DNA of 64,000 nucleotides from an uncultured Chloroflexia bacterium (GTDB lineage: Bacteria; Chloroflexota; Limnocylindria; QHBO01): assembly GCA_963807915.1 (NCBI GenBank), contig CAWEDO010000001.1, forward strand, positions 205,561-269,560, read 5' to 3'. The position numbers and the translations under genes were made by a program. The notes beneath the pieces were generated by a model. That model saw only the letters and a program-made list of their open reading frames with translations. It was not told where the DNA came from and did no database searches. Below, one piece after another: positions 59,581 through 64,000 of this stretch (positions are counted from its first letter, which is position 1; each line of letters opens with the position of its first letter).

Positions 59581-60654
59581 ATGTCACGACCGACGGCCCG
59601 ACCATGGCATCGGGCCTTCCTTCGCGCCGGAGCCCTCCTCGCGCTGGCCCTCCTCGCTGCGGCGTGCGGGATGGTTCCGGGCGAGCCGCACACCAAGGAG
59701 GCCAAGCAGGTCTTCTGGCTCTACAACGTCGTCCTCATCATGGGCGGCATCGTCTTCGTCGGCGTCGAGGGCTTCATCATCTACTCGGTCTTCCGCTATC
59801 GGCGGAAGGATGATCGGCTCCCGACCCAGATCCACGGCAACAACCTGGTCGAGGTGATCTGGACGGCGATCCCGACCGTGATCGTGCTCATCCTCTTCGT
59901 CCTCTCGACCCTCACCCTCAACTCGATCTCGCAGGCCGCCACCCACCCCGGCGTCAGGATCGAGGTCGAGGGGAAGCAGTGGTCCTGGGTCTTCCACTAC
60001 CTCGACGACGACGGCGATCCGACCAACGACGTCATCGTCCAGGGCACCGCGCGGAGCGGCGCCGTCATGGCGCTGCCGGTGGGCGAGCCGGTCCACCTCA
60101 CCCTGATCTCGAACGACGTGATCCACTCCTTCTTCGTGCCCGCCTTCCTCGTGAAGCGGGACCTGGTCCCGCTCCCGGAGGCGAAGCAGCCGAACGAGCT
60201 GGAGTTCACCGTCACCGAGAAGGGAACCTACTCCGGCCAGTGCGCCGAGTTCTGCGGCGACCTGCATGCGCAGATGACGTTCAGCGTCCAGGCCATGTCG
60301 CGCGCGGACTTCGATGCCTGGTTCGAGGCCATCCAATCCGGTGCGCCGGCGCCGGTGCCATCCGTCGGCGCCGACGCGACCGTCCTGAAGCTCGCCGCGG
60401 CCAACATCGCCTTCGACACCCACGATCTCGAGGTGGCCGCGGGCCAGCCGTTCAAGATCGAGCTCACCAACAACGATGCCGTCGAGCACAACGTGGGGAT
60501 CTACAAGGGCGACGAGGAGCTCTTCCGTGGTGACGCGGTCGCCGGAGGGGATACCGTGACGTCCGTCATCGACGCCCTCGAAGCAGGCGAGTACACGTTC
60601 ACCTGCGACTTCCATCCGGGACCGGCGATGACCGGCACGTTGACCGTCAAGTAA
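59581..60654 (+). CDS. ctaC: Cytochrome c oxidase subunit II with C-terminal cupredoxin (type-1 Cu) domain
   Basis: Lipobox LAAC; EVIWTAIP; DVIHSF; CuA motif CAEFCGDLHAQM; second domain HNV...CDFHPGPAM. Confidence 0.92.
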   Translation: MSRPTARPWHRAFLRAGALLALALLAAACGMVPGEPHTKEAKQVFWLYNVVLIMGGIVFVGVEGFIIYSVFRYRRKDDRLPTQIHGNNLVEVIWTAIPTVIVLILFVLSTLTLNSISQAATHPGVRIEVEGKQWSWVFHYLDDDGDPTNDVIVQGTARSGAVMALPVGEPVHLTLISNDVIHSFFVPAFLVKRDLVPLPEAKQPNELEFTVTEKGTYSGQCAEFCGDLHAQMTFSVQAMSRADFDAWFEAIQSGAPAPVPSVGADATVLKLAAANIAFDTHDLEVAAGQPFKIELTNNDAVEHNVGIYKGDEELFRGDAVAGGDTVTSVIDALEAGEYTFTCDFHPGPAMTGTLTVK

Positions 60655-60676
60655 GGCCGAGGCGAGCGAGGAACCG

Positions 60677-62341
60677 ATGGCAACCACCGCGCTGACCCCC
60701 ACCACCGAGAGCTACCGGCGCTCGTGGGTGATGGAATGGCTGACGACGGTCGACCACAAGAAGATCGGGATCCTGTACATCGTCAACTCGTTCGCGTTCT
60801 TCTTCGCGGCCGGGATCCTGGCCCTGGTGGTGCGCTCCGAGCTGGCGGTGCCGGGGCTCCAGTTCCTCGACGAGCGGACCTACAACCAGGCATTCACCAT
60901 GCACGGGACGATCATGATCTTCCTGTTCGTGGTGCCGGTCCTGTCCGGCTTCGCGAACTACATCGTCCCGCTCCAGCTGGGCGCGCCGGACATGGCGTTT
61001 CCGCGCATCAATGCGCTGAGCTTCTGGTTCCTGCCGCTGGGTGGGCTGCTCATCTTCTCCGGCTACCTGTTCGGCGGGGCCGCGGCCGAGGGGTGGACGC
61101 TCTACACCCCGCTGAGCGGCGGGACCTACTCGACGGGGGTGGGCACCGACCTGTGGCTCATCGGCCTGCTGCTGGTGGGGACGGCGTCGATCCTCGGATC
61201 GGTGAACTTCATCGCCACCATCTTCAAGATGCGGGCGCCGGGGATGTCCCTCTTCCGGATGCCGATCCTGGTGTGGACGGTGCTCGTCACCGCCACGCTG
61301 ATCCTGCTGGCGACCCCGGTCCTGGCCGCCGGCATGATCGCGCTCTTCATCGACCGCAACTACGGCGGCAGCTTCTTCGACCCGAACACCGGCGGCAACC
61401 CGGTGCTGTGGCAGCACCTCTTCTGGTTCTTCGGCCACCCCGAGGTGTACATCGTGATCCTGCCGGCGATGGGCGTCGTGAGCGAGATCCTGCCCGTCTT
61501 CACCCGGCGCCCGCTGTTCGGCTATCGGGCCTTCGTCTTCGCCACGATCGCCATCGGCCTGCTCAGCTTCAGCGTCTGGGCGCACCACATGTTCACCACC
61601 GGGCAGGTGTTCCTGCCGTTCTTCAGCTTCATGACGGCCCTCATCGCGGTGCCGACCGGCGTGAAGATGTTCAACTGGATGGCGACCCTGTGGCGCGGCT
61701 CGATCATCCTGGCCACGCCGATGCTCTTCGCGCTCGGCTTCCTGTCGATGTTCCTGATCGGTGGCATCAGCGGCGTCATGCTCTCGGCGCCGCCGATCGA
61801 CTTCCACCTCCAGGACACCTACTTCGTGGTCGCCCACCTGCACTACGTCTTCTTCGGCGGGAGCGTCTTCGGCGTCTTCGCGGCGACCTACTACTGGTTC
61901 CCGAAGATGACCGGCCGTCGCCTGAACGAGCGGCTGGGCAAGGTGCACTTCTGGATGCACTTCATCGGCTTCAACCTGGCCTTCTTCCCGATGCACATGC
62001 TGGGCATCCAGGGAATGCCGCGCCGCATCAGCGACTACTCGCCCGACGCTGGCTGGACCCCCTGGAACCTCGTGTCGACCGCCGGTGCCTTCCTGATCGC
62101 GGCGAGCATCCTGCCGTTCCTCGTCAACGTGGTCGCCACCTTCATCAACGGCGAGAAGGTCGGCGACGACCCGTGGGAGGGGAACACGCTCGAGTGGGCG
62201 ACGAGCTCGCCGCCGCCGCCGTACAACTTCGACAAGCTGCCGCCGATCCGCAGCGAGCGGCCGGTGTTCGACCTGCGCCACCGGCACGATGCCGAGCACG
62301 TCGCGGATGATGGCGCGGTCGTGGAAGGCGGCCAGGCATGA
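60677..62341 (+). CDS. ctaD: Heme-copper oxidase subunit I, A1 type
   Basis: TTVDHKKIG, FTMHGT, WFFGHPEVY, VWAHH, VAHLHY. Confidence 0.97.
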   Translation: MATTALTPTTESYRRSWVMEWLTTVDHKKIGILYIVNSFAFFFAAGILALVVRSELAVPGLQFLDERTYNQAFTMHGTIMIFLFVVPVLSGFANYIVPLQLGAPDMAFPRINALSFWFLPLGGLLIFSGYLFGGAAAEGWTLYTPLSGGTYSTGVGTDLWLIGLLLVGTASILGSVNFIATIFKMRAPGMSLFRMPILVWTVLVTATLILLATPVLAAGMIALFIDRNYGGSFFDPNTGGNPVLWQHLFWFFGHPEVYIVILPAMGVVSEILPVFTRRPLFGYRAFVFATIAIGLLSFSVWAHHMFTTGQVFLPFFSFMTALIAVPTGVKMFNWMATLWRGSIILATPMLFALGFLSMFLIGGISGVMLSAPPIDFHLQDTYFVVAHLHYVFFGGSVFGVFAATYYWFPKMTGRRLNERLGKVHFWMHFIGFNLAFFPMHMLGIQGMPRRISDYSPDAGWTPWNLVSTAGAFLIAASILPFLVNVVATFINGEKVGDDPWEGNTLEWATSSPPPPYNFDKLPPIRSERPVFDLRHRHDAEHVADDGAVVEGGQA

Positions 62342-62955
62342 GTGCCGAGGCGCCGGCGATGCTTCCGGCGGACGAATCCCTCGCGGTCAGCCACCGCGAG
62401 GCGGGGATGCCGACGCCGCTGGTCGGCATGCTCCTCTTCATCGCCAGCGAGGTGATGTTCTTTGGTGGCCTCTTCGCGTCGTACTTCAACGCTCGCGCCG
62501 TGCACATCGGGGTGTGGGGACCCCCGGAAGGGGCGCCCGAGCTGGAGATCCTGCCGATCGCCCTCCCGATCACCATCATCCTGGTGGTGTCGAGCTTCAC
62601 GATGCAGTTCGGCGTGTGGGCGATCCGCCGCGGCGACCAGCGCGCGATGCGGAACTGGACGCTGCTGACCCTGGCGCTGGGCGTGACGTTCCTCATCGGC
62701 CAGATCTACGACTACACCACCCTCGGCTTCGGCATCAGCGACGGCGCCTTCGGCACGGTCTTCTACACGCTGACCGGGTTCCACGGCGCGCACGTCTTCG
62801 GCGGCGCGGTGGGCCTCACCATCCTCTCGGCGCGCGCCGCCCAGGGACAGTTCAGCAAGCAGAACCACGTCGCGGTCGAGGCGATCAGCTTCTACTGGCA
62901 CTTCGTCGACGTGGTCTGGATCGCCCTCTTCAGCACCCTCTACTTCCTGCGCTAG
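62338..62955 (+). CDS. ctaE: Cytochrome c oxidase subunit III
   Basis: FIASEVMFF, FYTLTGFHGAHV, YWHFVDVVW. Confidence 0.95.
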   Translation: MSAEAPAMLPADESLAVSHREAGMPTPLVGMLLFIASEVMFFGGLFASYFNARAVHIGVWGPPEGAPELEILPIALPITIILVVSSFTMQFGVWAIRRGDQRAMRNWTLLTLALGVTFLIGQIYDYTTLGFGISDGAFGTVFYTLTGFHGAHVFGGAVGLTILSARAAQGQFSKQNHVAVEAISFYWHFVDVVWIALFSTLYFLR

Positions 62956-62967
62956 GAGGCTGACCGC

Positions 62968-63315
62968 ATGAACGACACCGCGTTCGGCTACCTGCTTCTC
63001 GCGGTCGGGATCACGTTCGTGCTGGGCGTCGTCTACGCCATCACCAGCCACCTGAGCGTCTCGGCCGTCCGGCCTCGGCCGCCGCGTGGCGTCCACCTCC
63101 CGAATCCGAGTGCGCTGCCAGTCATCCTGGCGGTGGGCGGGGCGCTCCTTGGCGCCGGCCTCGCCTTCCGCGCCGACGACCAGCTCGCCAACCCCTTCCT
63201 GGCCGTTCCCGGCCTGGTCGTCTTCCTGTACGCGGTGGTCGCCTGGGTGCGCGCGGCCGGGCGCGAATGGGACGAGGTCGAGCGCGGGCCTCACGACGAC
63301 GGCGCGGGACACTGA
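62968..63315 (+). CDS. Small 3-TM protein, probable oxidase subunit IV
   Basis: VHLPNPSALP followed by TM pair; directly after ctaE. Confidence 0.6.
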   Translation: MNDTAFGYLLLAVGITFVLGVVYAITSHLSVSAVRPRPPRGVHLPNPSALPVILAVGGALLGAGLAFRADDQLANPFLAVPGLVVFLYAVVAWVRAAGREWDEVERGPHDDGAGH

Positions 63316-63322
63316 GGCGCAG

Positions 63323-63904
63323 ATGACCGCCGCCACCGGCGAACCAATGGGCGCGGCGCTGCGTCCGCGACCGGCTCGCCCGCCGCGGAGCTACTACGTG
63401 GCCGCCGCGATCGCCCCGCTGGTGCTCCTGCTCCTGTGGGGCGTCTTCCTGCTGGTCAGGCCATCGGCTCCGAGCCTTGTCCGCGAAGGCGACCAGGCTC
63501 CGGACTTCGCGCTCGCCGATCTCGACGGCAACCCGGTGAGCCTCGCGGCGCTTCGCGGCCGTCCGGTCATCGTCAACTTCTGGGCGAGCTGGTGCGGCCC
63601 GTGCGTGGACGAGTTCCCGCTGCTGCAAGACGCGGCCGCCGCCCACGAGCAGGACGGGCTGGCGATCGTGGGGATCGTCTTCCGCGATCGCTCCGAAGCG
63701 GCGCGTGCCTTCCTCGCGCGGATGGGCGTCAGCTGGCCAGCCGTCATGGATCCCGGCGAGGGGGTCGCGACCCGCTTCGGGATCATCTGGCCGCCGGACA
63801 GCTTCTTCATCAACCGCGACGGGGTGGTGGTCAGCCGGCAGATCGGTCAGCTCGGCGCGACGGACCTCGAGCGAGGCCTGGCACAGATCCTCGGAGAGGA
63901 GTGA
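63323..63904 (+). CDS. Membrane-anchored TlpA/ResA thiol-disulfide oxidoreductase
   Basis: [25 protein letters not shown]. Confidence 0.9.
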   Translation: MTAATGEPMGAALRPRPARPPRSYYVAAAIAPLVLLLLWGVFLLVRPSAPSLVREGDQAPDFALADLDGNPVSLAALRGRPVIVNFWASWCGPCVDEFPLLQDAAAAHEQDGLAIVGIVFRDRSEAARAFLARMGVSWPAVMDPGEGVATRFGIIWPPDSFFINRDGVVVSRQIGQLGATDLERGLAQILGEE

Positions 63905-63909
63905 TCGTC

Positions 63910-64000
63910 ATGGAACCGAACGTCCCGGCCACCACCGAAGAGACCGGTCTCGTGCTCGACACGACGCATGACCTGCACGGCGATCACGTCGATCCACAGC
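63910..64000 (+). CDS. 5' start of a further gene in the oxidase cluster (partial)
   Basis: ATG 63910, open to the window end, His-containing N-terminus; too short to assign. Confidence 0.35.
   Translation, partial: MEPNVPATTEETGLVLDTTHDLHGDHVDPQ

Overview
High-GC bacterial chromosomal segment, densely coding. No transposase, integrase, phage structural module or CRISPR array was recognised. Gene style suggests Chloroflexota or another monoderm lineage (inference, unverified). Layout: (1) 1-15.5 kb, surface-polysaccharide locus (flippase end, four glycosyltransferases, ugd, rmlC, Wzy-like, rmlD) interrupted by secreted-protein genes. These include two divergently oriented Tat-signal, Gly-rich repeat proteins that share a 105-aa N-terminal module (82/105 identical) but end in different tailspike-chaperone-like domains, plus a 44-bp direct repeat bracketing a 3.8-kb two-gene cassette. 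(2) 15.7-22.9 kb, metE, metF-like, serA, MBL-fold protein and FAD monooxygenase. (3) 22.9-32.4 kb, AlgX/AlgI acetylation pair with two DnaA-box-like sites upstream, Zn-ribbon adenylate cyclase, GT-C mannosyltransferase, tRNA-Pro(CGG), DinB, AhpD-like, orphan RnfD/UnbU-like protein and USP. (4) 32.5-43.9 kb, panB/panC/DUF2520, ycaQ, HtrA-like protease with HxlR, BNR protein, ArsR-SRPBCC operon, Fur and an agmatinase-like gene. (5) 43.9-46.1 kb, ApbE and a ferric-reductase-like protein with no canonical FMN-binding substrate. (6) 46-56 kb, ABC exporter, CorA, 3-blade lectin-like protein, tnaA, MFS, MenA-like and rhomboid. (7) 56.5-64 kb, heme-copper oxidase locus with a probable CtaA-CtaB fusion and a subunit II fused to a blue-copper domain. 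About ten genes carry single-base indels, mostly beyond 39 kb, most likely read or assembly error. All product calls come from motif recognition by eye; no database search was run.
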